From: Anthoceros angustus | Taxonomy: Eukaryota > Plantae > Anthocerotophyta | Assembly: GCA_010909165.1 (NCBI GenBank) | Contig: VJWM01000044.1 | Location: forward strand, 372,001-436,000 | Direction: 5' to 3' | DNA: 64,000 bases | Part shown: one piece after another, positions 51,131 through 64,000 of the stretch | How positions within the stretch are numbered: the stretch's first letter is position 1 | Layout: each line of letters begins with the position of its first letter | Made by a program: the position numbers and the translations under genes | Notes under the pieces: generated by a model | Told to the model about the DNA's origin: nothing | The model's database searches: none | What the model saw: only the letters and a program-made list of their open reading frames with translations

Positions 51131-52085
51131 CTAGCAAACTTCAAGTTCTTCTCGCACAGGATGATATGCTGGAGCAATGGACACTCGTCGCAGCTCCACC
51201 AGATATTCCAATTCAGCCCCTCCTGGCACCCTCACATCGCCCGGAAATTGTGCTCCTGCTTCACCGAAGCCAAGCTCCGCAGGGATAATTGCTCGCCTTT
51301 TCCCACCAGCCCTCATGCTCACCAACACGCTCTCAAGGCCTTCACACATGCCATTCGAGTAGGGCCTAGATCCGAACACAAAAGCCAGAGACCGCTTCTC
51401 GCCAGACGTTGTATCTACGAATGGCTGCTCAGCATTGCTCACTTTGCCGGTCAAATCCACCAGAACCAGGTCACCACGCTGTGGCGAGGAGCCACCTCCC
51501 ACTCGCAAATCCGCATACCGGATCCGGTTAGGCAGCACAACTTCTTTGGCATCCTCAACGTCCCTGCACCACATTCCAGATGACAAAGTGACGCCCGTCA
51601 CAAAACGCCATCTCTCACTAGCACAAGTGAGCCCCTCAGCTCAACAACGCATACCTGGTGCCCTGTTCTTCCAGAAACACCTCAGTCCGGGTTTTGATCT
51701 GCTCTGAAATCACACCAAATGCCAGAAACCCCACCCACGCCAGCCCCGCTCCCAGGCCAAACCGCCTGGTGAGAGAAGACGAAATCCAGTCGGTGGATTC
51801 AGCCGTCCTTGTGGCCCTCCCAGACGGCCTCCCGACCGCCGGAACGTAGTCTCTCTCACCCTTCCCACCCTCTCCGTCAGGCTCAGCGTCACTCCCACTT
51901 GTGGACGGCAACAAGGAGGCAGGATCCTCCTCCACAGCAGCGCACCGCAAGCGACAGGGTACCAGCCGATGAGACGCACGCCCTTGCGCCGGGACAATTG
52001 GAGACGACAACCCGACCCTGCCTGCAGTTAACCCTACAGGGGAAGCTGCCACCGGCGTCCGCGCCATGCCGAGCGCAGCTGCCAT
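51131..52085 (-). CDS. FKBP17-2: Thylakoid FKBP-type peptidyl-prolyl isomerase, FKBP17-2/17-3-like, 2 exons
   Basis: STDWISSSLTRRFGLGAGLAW.GFLAFGVISEQIKTR (twin-Arg), FKBP domain GGKRRAIIPAELGFG and VSIAPA. Intron 51564-51654. Confidence 0.88.
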
Positions 52086-55043
52086 GATCCCGAACCCTAC
52101 TCCTCCTCCGACTCCACCTCAGACGAAGGGCGCCACTCCGGCCCTCCCGATTCCCATGCCCAGACCACGGCAATCTACCGGATCAACGTAGGAGCTCTGT
52201 CTGGAGCGTCCTCATTTGCGGATCCGGGTTCCGTTCGCGGTTTTCAAGTCCGGTCACAGTCCAAGGACGAGGTGTGCTCGTTCTTCCCGATGTCATGATA
52301 AACCACATCCGGTGGTGCGAGGACACCCGGTAGCCGGTCATCCTTTTCTCTTGAAGGATGTTGAACGGCTGTTAGACTCCGGTCAAGCTGGCGTTCCCAA
52401 AGCATCGCCCGCCGCGCAGGAGAGACTGGCAGTACGCGCTGTGCGAGGCGAGAAGTCACACATTCTCGCATGCGGTACCTACTTGGATTGCGAGCTGTGT
52501 TCTGATTCCTTTCGTCTACGAAGGAACTGCTCAATGCTCATGCGATGCATGTGTATGACCTATATTTCATCACAGCTTCCAGGTGAGGCTAACCACCATA
52601 ATGGCCGCACCGGCATGATGTCCAAGCCTACTTCGACATGGGTTGGATGTTGCACGGTTGGAGCCCTTTTAGCAGCTGTGGGATCAGCCATCCTCCATGG
52701 ATGAAGCACTAAAACTTTTGTCCATCGGTTTCTCGCATTGGCACCGTTAACATCCAGGGTTCCCAAAATAAAAGCAATTATTTTTTCTTATACCTAGTTT
52801 TAAAATAATTGATTAAAAAATATAGACTAAAAACTACCTCATAATATAGATCTATCTATGTACTTATTTGATGCAATATGTTTGTAATCATACCCAAACG
52901 CAATTAAGGATCTTGGGTATCTTTTCAAACTCTAGTCATTCCCCAGGTTGCATATACTGGTTTGCACTTTGCCTCCACCTGCCAATTCAGAAGCCAATAT
53001 GGCTGGATAATCTAGGGATGAGTAGGAGTACTTGTTGTTTTGTGGATGGATGTCATGATTACGCATAGCTGTTGGTTAGCATGAAGTACAGTAGTTCTAA
53101 CTTTCCTCAACGTGCACAAAGTTTGTAAATGAGTATTAATTTCGAGTAAAGAACTTCCACGCTGGTCCAACAAATCTTGTATGTTGCCCATATTGCAACA
53201 TCTTGACCAATAGACGTCCCTATCACATATTTTCCATTTTTGGGGATTTGGTTTTAAGTGCTTATCCTTTGGTGCGAAGGACGATGTCGAAGAGTTTAGC
53301 TAAATGTTCATAAAAGAATTATTAAAAAATAATAAGTGAACGAACCTTTGGTTATTAGGTTCTTAAGATGAGGTTGTTGTTGTGGCATTACTTGCCTATG
53401 ACGATAGCTTAACAACAAGGTGCTATTGCCTGCCTGTGTCGACAGCTTAACAACAAGTTGGTACGAGCACTTGGGTTGTTGCTGAACATGCTCAACAGCA
53501 ACCAACTCCCTCTCTCTCAAAGTGCATAACTGAGCAGCATTTTTTGCCCACTACACAATGTCCTAGCTTATTGAAACAGGAACTTATTGATAGCAGGAAA
53601 CTCGCAGACAATACCTCGTGTTTGTTTGGGCCATGCATGGAATGCAACATTATGGCAGAGAGGCCTGCCTGGACCAGCGGGCACCGCCAACCCTCAAAAA
53701 CGGCGTAGCCCTGCCTCTCTGCACTCACTGTGCAGATGGTATGTTGTGTTGGCACACTATGGTGTTCTTGATCAGATTATGTTATATGCCATATGTAACG
53801 GTTGACTTGTGTTGCACTTCGCACTGACTTGTTGGTTCTTGATCGGTTATATTCCGTGCTATTCGGCAAGCTCTATTCCGTGCTATTCAGCAAGCTCTTT
53901 TTGCATATCGTGGTGACACGACGTTCATGCCCCTCATCATCACCACTTCAATCAAAATGCACTCCCTACCAAATGAGAACGTGGATTATTTACAGCTTAC
54001 CAATTCAAATATTGACGTCCAGATTTATTCAACATAGATTCGCACATATGTAGTTTGTATGACGATACATATGTGCATACATAAAGAAAGATAGTCATTT
54101 TCTTCAAAATTCACCTCATAAAGTGGAAATTAGGACATGGAGACGGATCATAGATTTTCAATAATTGACTTTCATATTTAGTTCATATAGATTGAGTAAT
54201 GGTGCTGGTATTCATATATATGTAGCTACATACATAGAAGAACATCATTTTTCAAAGTTCATTCCGTTAGTGAGAAATTGGGGGTCCTTCAAGTGTTATT
54301 AATAAACTTCATTGACTTTTAGGTTTCGGAGTACTGCACATAAATTGTGGCTGTCCTTGGTGAAATTGCTATACATATAAATAATTAAAATATATTTAAT
54401 TTTTTAAAACTAATAATAATATTTAACACTGATAAAAAATTATACATATATTTGGCTTCGTTGTTTATGCTGCATCAGCTGATTTGAAGGGAAATTGGCA
54501 TTGTATCGACACGGCATCGGGATAGGTGTTTGGTGTCCATAATAACAAGATTTTGAGTCAACTACTTTCGACGTACTTCACGGGTGTGAAACCGGATGAC
54601 GAAGTGGCTAGGATGATTCAGAATCGAGTGGATAAACGGTGGATAAACGGTGCCATGTCATTCGGGACAAAATATCTAAGGGATAACCGGGAAGAGGCGG
54701 TCAAGCCGGTAAGTCATGGACCAAAAGAGCGACTTTCGGGGAACTACTTACCGTCAGAGGTAAGTAGCAACAGAGTAAATACCTCCGGATAGTTACCCGG
54801 GATCCAAAAACAGGAGCGAGACTCGGGAATGTCAGGGGCATGCGTTCACACAAAGGACCACGTGCAATTCTTTCCCCGACCGCTGTCGAGTTTCATCTTG
54901 GGTGTTGAAGTCCCGAACTTCAGCGTCAACAGGTCTTAAAATACCTCCCGAACTCTTCTATTGTGTCGCGACCTCGGGGAGTTATTGCATCTGTTTCCCA
55001 GGATTTCCATCTCGCCTCCGAGACCGTCAACCTGGTCAAGCTC

Positions 55044-55050
55044 TATATAT
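55044..55050 (+). promoter_or_regulatory. Candidate TATA box of the Tudor-SN gene
   Basis: ctcTATATAT followed by a pyrimidine-rich leader and a probable 5'-UTR intron ending caccag at ~55606. Confidence 0.45.
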
Positions 55051-55617
55051 CCGAGCCTGGTCGCAGGTTTCAGATCCAGCCTTCCTCTGCTCCTCTCGCA
55101 CCCCGATCGGCCGGCCTCTTCCTGCCAGCGGCGATCCTTGTTTGTGTGTGATTTTTTCAGTTTGTGTAGGAATCCCGCTCCGCCGGCTTGCGTGTGCCTT
55201 GTCTGGAGGCTTGCGATCTGGCTGGGTCACAGAGTCCGGCGAGCTCATCTGCGAGGGACCGGCAGCTGTAGGAGATCAGGGATCGAGGGGGAGGCGTGAA
55301 ATTTGGCTCAGATCCGGTGGAATCGGTGCTGCGCGTGCCGGATTGAGCTTGTAGCTGTGGCAGGGAGCGCCCGAGGTTGTGGCAGTGGGGCGGGGGCCTG
55401 CTCCGCGCTCATCTGCATGCGGTGGTAATTGTGTTTTGAAGATCGAGCCTCGCGGGTTGTCTCGGACGCGGTGTTGGGCTCATTTGGCCGGTTGCACGGC
55501 TTGGTTCTGCACTCTCCGCATTCCGGTCTGCAGCGAGGCATGCTTCTGTGACTAGCTGCTCTCAGCTAGCAGTGCAGCAGGCCTGTGCTGTGCGGGGGTG
55601 CACCAGGTTTTTGCAAC

Positions 55618-58600
55618 ATGGCCACTGGATGGCTCGGGGGGAAGGTGAAGGCTGTTCCGTCCGGGGACACCCTAGTGATTATGGGGAATACCAAGTCCGG
55701 GCCTCCGCCGGAGAAATCTATCACGCTGGCGTATCTGATTGCCCCGAGATTGGTACGCGCTTTTGTCTTGCATGTTGCGGACTCTGGTTTTGTCTTTTTT
55801 TGCCATGTTCTGCAACCCTGTGGTGGAGCTTGGATTGTGGTGCAGCTGTGGGGATGACTAAATTGCTGTTTTGGCATGATAATGCGCAGGCTCGCCGAGA
55901 TGGCAAAGATGAGCCGTTTGCTTGGGACAGTCGGGAGTTTCTTCGGAAGCAGTTTATTGGGAAGGTAAGGGGAGTGGTCACGGGTTATGGTCCGGGAGCT
56001 GATTAGGTTCTTGCTTGGCACTTACAGCAGCCAGAACTGCTCTTTTCTGTACGAAGCTGTATCAAGGCACGTAGCTGATGCATTGCCGATCTTGCTTGCA
56101 GGATGTCACTTTCAAGGTCGATTATGTTGTCCCTGCCATCAGCAACAGGGAGTTTGGAACTGTGTTTGCGGGCGAGACCAATGTCTCAGTGGCAGTAGTC
56201 ACAGCAGGGTGGGCCAAGGTGAGGTGTTTGCTGTTGTTACAGCTGTCGCATGAGATAGGTCAGATATGGGGATGATCTGGATTGCCGTGCCCTGTGATTG
56301 CTGATGTTTGAGCATGAATCTGGATTTTGAGGCTTTACTGGCGATTTTTCAACTTGTGGTGAAGATTCGCCATTGTGACACAAGACTGACATGCATACCT
56401 GTTGCCAGGTTCGACCACAAGGAGGGCCGAATGCTGAGAACAATCCAGTGGTTACTGAGCTTTTGCAGCTTGAAGAACAGGCCCAAACTCAGGGTCTTGG
56501 CATGTGGAATAAGGTATCTCTTGTGTTTCGTTGTGAGTATTCCATTGAAGTACCTTGCTCAGAAGCAAGGATATTGACAAGCCAAATTTTGGTTCAACAG
56601 ACACCAGGAGCTTCGGAGGCTTCAATTAGGAACATACTCCCCTCTGCCATTGGCGACAGCAGCAATTTTGATGCAATGGCTCACCTTCAGGCCAACAAGG
56701 GCAAGCCCTTGAAGGCAGTCGTCGAACAAGTGAGGGATGGAAGTACCATAAGAATCTACCTCCTTCCAGAATTCCAGTTCGTGCAGGTGTACATGGCGGG
56801 AATTCAGGTACACATATTTGCTTTAGATGTACTCAGGACACGTGGGGATAGTCAAGCGTTAAGACTTCAGACTCGTGATGCGATTTGGTTGCCTCATTCT
56901 TCTCCAGGCTCCTTCCATGGGCAGGCGAGCACCTGTTTCTGATACCACGGATACCTCTGCAAAGGCCGTGAATGGTGAGACCGCGGCAGAGAAGAACGGG
57001 TCCTCAACGCCTGATGTGCCAGCGGCTCCTCTTACGTCTGCACAAAAACTTGCAGCCTCAACAGCAGCTACAGCCAATGCCGAAGTGCCACCTGATCCGT
57101 ATGCCAGAGAGGCAAAGCATTTCACAGAGACCCGTGTACTGCACCGAGATGTAAGCAAAATTGCAACTTGTTCAAGTTACTTGGTTTTCGCTCTTTGTGT
57201 CTCTTGATCTGACAAAAATTGATGTGGTTGTGTGCTTATTTTTTCTCAACTGTCTTGATCTGCAGGTCAGAGTTGTGCTGGAAGGGGTTGACAAGTTCAA
57301 CAATCTAATTGGGTCTGTTCATTACGCTGAGGGCGATTCAGCTACTGATCTTGCCCTAGAACTGGTCAAGCAGGTAAAGGCATAGTGCGTGGCTGTTGAG
57401 TTTCCATCTCTCTCTGCTCTTAAGTCATGCATTTATACTTAAGTACTTGCGGCATGGCTCGGGACGAGCGCAATTAACGGGGGGAATTACTCTCGTATCC
57501 ATTGACAGGGGTTGGCCAAAGTTGTTGAATGGAGCGCGAACATGCTTGAAGAAGCAGAGAAGCGCAAGCTGAAGACGATGGAACTACAGGCAAAAAAAGA
57601 ACGGCTACGTATATGGACAAACTACGTTCCTCCGGCCTCAAATTCCACTGCAATTCAAAACGTGAACTTCACTGGGAAGGTATTGTATTCAGTCTTTTAG
57701 CCCTGCTACCACTCGTGGCCAGAGTTCTGCATTTGGGATCCCACTGAAGTCATCCCTATTGGCAGGTTATTGAGGTCGTCAGTGGAGACTGCGTCGTTGT
57801 GGCTGACGATGCTGCACCGTTTGGAAGCCCCTTAGCAGAGCGACGAGTAAACCTTTCAAGTATTCGGGCTCCCAAGATTGGAAATCCCAAGAGGGATGAG
57901 AAGCCTGCCCCGTATGCTAGAGAGGCAAAGGAATATCTCCGGACCCGGTTGATTGGTCAACAGGTATAGATACTAGCCTGAACATCTTGTCTAAAGTGTT
58001 TGCAACAGGTTTACTGTCTTGTGTTATGAGGAATTTGTGATTTGAAGCCAGAAAGTTCTGACTTATGCTGCATTGCAGGTGAATGTGGCCATGGAGTACT
58101 CAAGAAAGATTGCTCCAACTGATGGTCCAACTCCGGCACCTTCTTCAGCATCATCAGATCCACGGATCATGGACTTTGGAAGCGTTTTTCTTCTCAGTGC
58201 ACCGAAAGGCGAGGATGATGCTCCTAGCCACCAAGGAAATGGACACCCTGAGGGTGTTAATGTTGCAGAAATGGCTGTTGCCAGGGGTTTTGCTTCTGTT
58301 GTACTACACAGAGATTTTGAAGAGCGTTCTGCATTTTACGATGCCTTGCTGGCTGCTGAAACCAGAGCTAAGAAGGGCAAAAAGGGCATCCATTCACAGA
58401 AAGAATCGCCAGTGATGCACGTGAATGATCTCTCAATTCCGGTAAACATGCACTTTCATTGGTTCAGATTTCTTCATGGTTCACATTTTTCTTGGTAGCT
58501 GTTAAGCGGATGAGTGCTTTAAGTGTGACCTTCTGTTAGTTTTGCAATCTTCTATGATTGTTAAGACTGCACCCTCTTTCATGTGCGCCAGGGGACTTCT

Positions 58601-60343
58601 TCGAAAGCAAGGCAGTTTTTGCCTTTCCTGCAAAAAGCTAAAAGGCTTTCAGCTGTTGTGGACTACGTTCTGAGTGGCCACCGCTTCAAACTTATTATTC
58701 CGAAGGATACTTGTGCAATTGCTTTCTCCTTGTCTGGTGTAAGGTGTCCTGCCAAGGGGGAGCGGTTTGCAGAAGAAGCTATCTCCTTCATGCGGCGACG
58801 TATTTTGCAACGAGAAGTTGAGGTAGGATTCCTCTGTCGTTCTCTGTGTAATTGGTAGAATTTCTTATGCTTCAAAGCTGTTGTGGTTCACGATCTGAGC
58901 ATTTACTGGGCTCGCAGATTGAGATAGAGACTGTAGATAAGACGGGAACCTTTTTGGGCACTCTATGGGAGGCAAAAACAAATGTTGCTGTTCCCTTATT
59001 GGAGGCTGGGCTTGCAAAACTGCATCCTCTGTTTAGTGCGGAGAGAACTACAGAAGGCCAGTTTCTAGTGCTGGCAGAGCAGCGAGCGAAGAAGCAGCTG
59101 CTGAAGGTAATAGGCTTCCAAACACCAACATATATTAGTGCTACCCTTGATTCTGTAGAGATCTCATTAGGAGAGGTTTGGATCAACCAGTTAAGAGCCG
59201 GATGTATCTCTTCAGGTATGGGAAGGGTATTCAGAAGACGTAGAGGAAGTAAATGCAGTGCCTGCAGACATCGCAAAGAAGCAGGAGACAACGGTATGTT
59301 CCTAGGTTGTGCTTTGGGTTTGTGTATAGCCTTTGTGGGCTGGGGCTGTCCTTAAAATGTGCGATGCTAAATTTTCTTCTCTGGACCTTTGATTCTTCAA
59401 CAGGTCCGAGTAACAGAAATCTTAGGTGGCGGTAAATTTTATGTGCAAACGGTCTCTGATGCAAGGTTAGCCCCAATTCAGCAGCAATTGGAGGCACTTA
59501 GAGTACAAGACAAACCCCATGGAGGTCTCATCCCGAAGAAGGGAGACACAGTTATTGCAAAATTCAGCGTAGATGACACCTGGAACCGTGCTTTGGTACG
59601 CAACCTTTCAAAATCCTTCGTATCGTGGTGTACCTGCCTGTGTTATCACGTATTGATGCTTTGTGTGCATGTATAATGGCAGGTAGTGAATGCTCCTCGC
59701 CAAAATCCTACTCCGGATTCTGAGTATGAGGTCTTCTACATCGACTATGGGAACCAGGAAACGGTACCCCTGTCAGACTTGCGTCCTCTGGACAGTTCCA
59801 TTGCAGCTGCTCCTGGACTTGCACAACTGTGCAGTCTGGCATTTTTGAAGGTTCCTGATGTCGATGAAGACCTTGGGGTGGAAGCGGCGGAGTACCTCGC
59901 CAAGGTGCTCGGGGGTGACAAGACCTTCAAGGCCACCATAGAGGAGAAGGATACATCTGGAGGCAGGGTCAAGGGGCAAGGGACAGGGAGTTGCCTGCTT
60001 GTTACGCTGAAGAGCGACGATGACTCGTTGAGTGTAAATGCGGACATGCTTCAGGTATGGCTCCTTCAATCATGTCATGAGGCAACGTAAGAGGTTTGTT
60101 CTCAATCTGAACATCCGAACAAACTGAGATTTTGTCCTGCGCTTGCAGAATGGATATGCTCGGCTAGAGAAAAAAGTGCGATGGCATAGCAAAGAGAAAA
60201 CAGAGGCCATCGAAAGCTTGGAGGAACATCAAGAGGCTGCTCGCAAGAAAAGACTCCATATCTGGCAGTATGGAGACATTGAGTCTGATGATGAGGAGAG
60301 CCTACCCTCCAAAAAGGGGGCTGGTCGCGGCCGCGGTCGCTAA
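55618..60343 (+). CDS. TSN: Tudor staphylococcal nuclease (Tudor-SN), 16 coding exons
   Basis: MATGWLGGKVKAVPSGDTLVI, DEPFAWDSREFLRK, VEQVRDGSTIR, Tudor domain (VIAKFSVDDTWNRA...VFYIDYGNQE) and IWQYGDIESDDE. 15 GT-AG introns traced. Confidence 0.97.
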
Positions 60344-60596
60344 ACGGTATCAGTGAGAGGCATTGCAGCAGCCTTACCCTAGGTAGTGAGTCATGTGCGT
60401 GGTTCCATTCCGCACACTGAATTGCCAATTTTGCAGGAGGACGGTCATGTATGCCTTATCACGCCCACATCCTTAAAGTTAATCCATACAACTATCCACT
60501 TTATGCTGTCCGGTTTTGTTGCCACCCAAGCTTCAACGGTAGCCGAGGCCGCTTCCACTGAGCTCAAAAAGCGCACTGAAGCTGAGGAAGCGGCTT

Positions 60597-61789
60597 ATGG
60601 CTGGTCGAAGTTGCTTCCATTTGCTCCGCGCGCCCTTGAGCTCGTATGCCCCGGACCAGCGAAATGGAGCTGGAGTTGCTCTCGTGCAAGGCGCTTCAAG
60701 GGGCTTGGGCTTTGAATTCGTTCGCCAGCTTCTGGAGAAACAGGCCACAGGGCACGTTGTAGCAACCTGCCGTAACCCGTCAGCAGCTGACAAACTGTCA
60801 GCTCTGAAGAATGTCCACCAAGACAGACTCACCATTACATCGCTGGATGTCACAGACGAAAGCAGCATCGAAGTACCTTCTCTTGCTTGACCCCCAGTTG
60901 TCAGAATTTTGCTTTGTCTGGTCATCTCATGCCGCTCATGTACCAGGCTGCTGCGAGGGTAGTGTGTGATGAATTTGGTCGGCTGGATTTGCTCATTAAT
61001 ACAGCCGGGCTGCTTCACATCCCTGGAGTTCTTCATCCAGGTCTTTCTCTTGAGTAGGTCCTTTGTTGATGTCCTGCTTGTCGTGCACGTTGATCAACTG
61101 GATTATGCGTTTGTTCGGTTGCAGAGACCTCGTTGTCCAAACTAGAGCCTGATGCATTGGTGCGCACCTTTCAGATTAATGCAGCAGGTCCCATTCTGGT
61201 TACTAAGGTAAGTTGAAGTATCTAGTTAGATGCAGGCACTTCAGATGTTGAGCTAGCTAGACATGAGGCCTGACACTCCATGTTTGTGCTTAACCAACAG
61301 CATATGTGGGCTTTACTCAAAGCAGGCGGGGGAAGGAACACAGGGAGAGCTTCTGCCATTGTCGCGAATTTGAGTGCAAGAGTGTCCTCCATCGGTGACA
61401 ACCAGCTGGGGGGTTGGTACTCGTACAGGGCCTCCAAGACAGCACTAAACCAATGTGAGCAGCCAAACTCTGCAAACTTTGGCAGGAGCTCTCCGGTTTC
61501 GGGGCTTCTGAAATAACTTTCCTGTTCTGCATGTTGTGTTTCGTGATGCGAAGTGACCAAGTGCGCTGCTGTGGAGTTCGCTAGAAGGAAGGATCCTATC
61601 ACCTGTATTTTGCTACATCCTGGAACAGTGGACACAGACCTGTCGAAGCCGTTTCAGAGAAACGTGCCACAAGGAAAGCTTTTCACTACCGAGTACTCTG
61701 TAGGCAAGCTACTGGAGATCATCGATGGGGTGGATGCTAAGGATAATGGCAAGTTTTTTGCCTGGGATGGGCAGGAGATACCCTGGTGA
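60597..61789 (+). CDS. CsgA/C-factor-like short-chain dehydrogenase/reductase, 5 exons
   Basis: LVQGASRGLGFEFVRQLL, NLSARVSSIGDN.LGGWYSYRASK (YxxxK), LHPGTVDTDLS and GKFFAWDGQEIPW*. Confidence 0.93.
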
Positions 61790-62608
61790 ATCCTAGTCCT
61801 AGGTTTTCCATTTACCGCCCTTTGTAGGTTACAGAAGGCACGTTACATAGTGATTGAAGGCTCTCCGTAGTTCAATTTCGCATATGCGGCCAGGCGAGGC
61901 TTACGAATTCAACGCCGTAGGTTTGCGACGAAAGAAATAATTGCCTCCGACAGGCTGGAGCTCCTGACCTTCAACCCACCCAGCAGTCGTACAATTCATG
62001 ACATGTTCCTCGTTCTCACTGCTGATTTATCTTGCTGTGAACTTTGCTGACCACTCTTCTTCGGTCCAACATGAGGTGAATGGGATGCAATAATAAGGGA
62101 TGTGTGTCAGGGATGCCACACACCAGCCGACAGCTTTGTGGCCATTTGTTAGCAACGGATGGAACACGTGTACTGGAAGAGCACGGACGAAGAGAATTTT
62201 TGGCTCGTCTCACCACCTCGCAACCACATTTTTCAGGAACCAGCTGATATCAGAACGGTGTGCTGTCCCAAGCCTGCCGCGCATCCCTTAGCTCGTGGAT
62301 CCCTCATGGAACAGGGCGTGAATCCCTCATGAAACATGGGGCACGGCACATGCATGATAATGCATATTACCTTTCACACAGCCAGGCCTTTTTCCCTGAA
62401 CACATGCTTTGAAAGGGCACGGAAGCAGAGAATTTTTGGCTCGTCTCACCACCTCCCAACCACGCTTTACAATCTCGAGTCAGGACTGCTCGGACATTGC
62501 CTTGTTCTAAACACACCAACCCACATGCAGACCTCGACCAGCGAGCTAACTGGACAAAAGATAATCAAATCGATAGGGCAAAGCTATCACAGGCAATATG
62601 TATCGCCG

Positions 62609-62716
62609 TGACAAAGCCATTCCCGATACGAGTGTCGTTAACGATTATGCACCCCCAATACTGACAAAGCCATTCCCGATACGAGTGTCGTTAACGATTA
62701 TGCACCCCCAATACTG
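62609..62716 (+). repeat. Exact 53-bp tandem duplication
   Basis: tgacaaagccattcccgatacgagtgtcgttaacgattatgcacccccaatac occurs twice. Confidence 0.9.
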
Positions 62717-62819
62717 CTCATCCTGTGGGAGAGTTAGAATATGGTTAATATATTTAGCTAGCCAGTAGTTAAGATGAAGGGCACAAGATGGTTAGGTCAT
62801 GAACACGGTGAACGAGATA

Positions 62820-63105
62820 GCTAGTGGTTGCATACTCATGACCATGTCCATTGAATAAAGATGATGATTGACGATGGGTAGTGGTTGCATTTGTCTCGTG
62901 ACATTGTCTCATGTCCATTGAATAAAGATGATGTGGTTGCATACTCATGACCATGTCCATTGAATAAAGATGATGATTGACGATGGGTAGTGGTTGCATT
63001 TGTCTCGTGACATTGTCTCATGACCATGTCCATTGAATAAAGATGATGATTGACGATGTTACGTTGCTCAACTCCCGGATCCACGATGTTACACTGCTCA
63101 ACTCC
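62820..63105 (+). repeat. Nested tandem sub-repeats, probably part of a transposon
   Basis: catgtccattgaataa(a)gatgatg x4, gtggttgcat x4 and cgatgttac..tgctcaactccc x2. Confidence 0.75.
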
Positions 63106-64000
63106 CTACAGCATCCTGGTTTTGGTTTCCGAGGTCATGTACACACATGCACAACAAAATATTCATGAGCTACAGTCACATAGCTTGTATAAAGAAAAGC
63201 TCTGTAGGATGAAAGTCTAAATCTGTTCAAATTGTGTACAGACTCCCTCATTCAACATGCTTAATGTGTCAAAGAAAAATAACCAAGATTATTTTTAGAT
63301 AAAATCCTCTACAGCGAAATTTTTTCTTATTGCTTCGACCAAGTCCCCTTTGATCTTGATTGTACAACTAGGCCCGGGCCAACTCTGGGTATACTTTTTC
63401 ACATCACATAAAGCTTCACATATTATTGCGATGCTTTCAAACTCCCGATGCTGAATCGCACATCAATTTTTTTTGTTAAAAGACAAATATCAGGCAGATC
63501 CATTAAACAGAAAAATGAGCTAATCTTTGTGAATTCAGCACCAATAAAATGATTCAGAATAGCCAAACTAGAAAAATGAGGTAACCTTTGTGAATCCAGC
63601 ACCAATGGAATGATTCAGAATAACCAAACCATCTTCAGCAACACTCTGCGTTGAAATGTCTGAAAACATGTGACCTTTGGCATCCCTTGCCCTCCTCAAC
63701 CGCACAGCTGCCTCCATTGCTTACAAATTTGAATTGCATCCTCATTTGTCATACACTCGATTAAAGAAGCTAAAGTTGTTGCTTGCATAGTAGTCAGAGA
63801 GTATCCTTTAAGCTCCAACTTCACAGCAACACCAAGATCTTGAAGAAATTGAGTCAGAAACTCAATAACTAGTGCCTGAACTACTGCTTCCCCTTCATAA
63901 GCATCAACCAGTGCTAAGATGATCTCAAAAAACACCTCCATCCTCACTAGATAGTACCACTTTGCAAAAGAAATATCTTAAATCAATAATCACAACAAAA

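Noticed and set aside
52780-54480. AT-rich region with degenerate repeats (also 38390-39200 and 42460-43500)
   Set aside because: Probably old transposon debris, but no termini, target duplication or domain could be established.

Overview
Eukaryotic land-plant nuclear DNA: compact and gene-dense, with ~70-190 bp GT-AG introns. The many decayed PLS-class PPR fragments suggest a seed-free plant such as a hornwort or lycophyte (inference only). 1-35.5 kb is a glycoside hydrolase family 9 (endo-1,4-beta-glucanase, plant class B) cluster. It has five minus-strand tandem copies with 2 introns each, head-to-head with one 7-intron plus-strand copy. The array is interleaved with an uncharacterised 'YIPPH' plant gene and its decayed paralogues, PLS-PPR remnants, and a full-length Ty3/gypsy chromovirus-like LTR element (9846-16733) whose LTRs end AG...CT instead of TG...CA. 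35.7-43.5 kb holds a PADRE/DUF4228 gene, an intronless VKOR-only LTO1-like gene, a decayed gypsy integrase with a partial PHD finger, and a 1.64-kb foldback element. 43.7-61.8 kb is a conserved gene block: MESD-like KDEL protein, renalase-like FAD oxidoreductase with an RG-rich insert, plastid membrane protein, P-class PPR, FKBP17-2-like, Tudor-SN and CsgA-like SDR. Many frameshifts in the repeated left half are 1-bp losses in homopolymers, so sequencing or assembly error must be excluded before calling pseudogenes. No rRNA, tRNA gene or CRISPR array was recognised.
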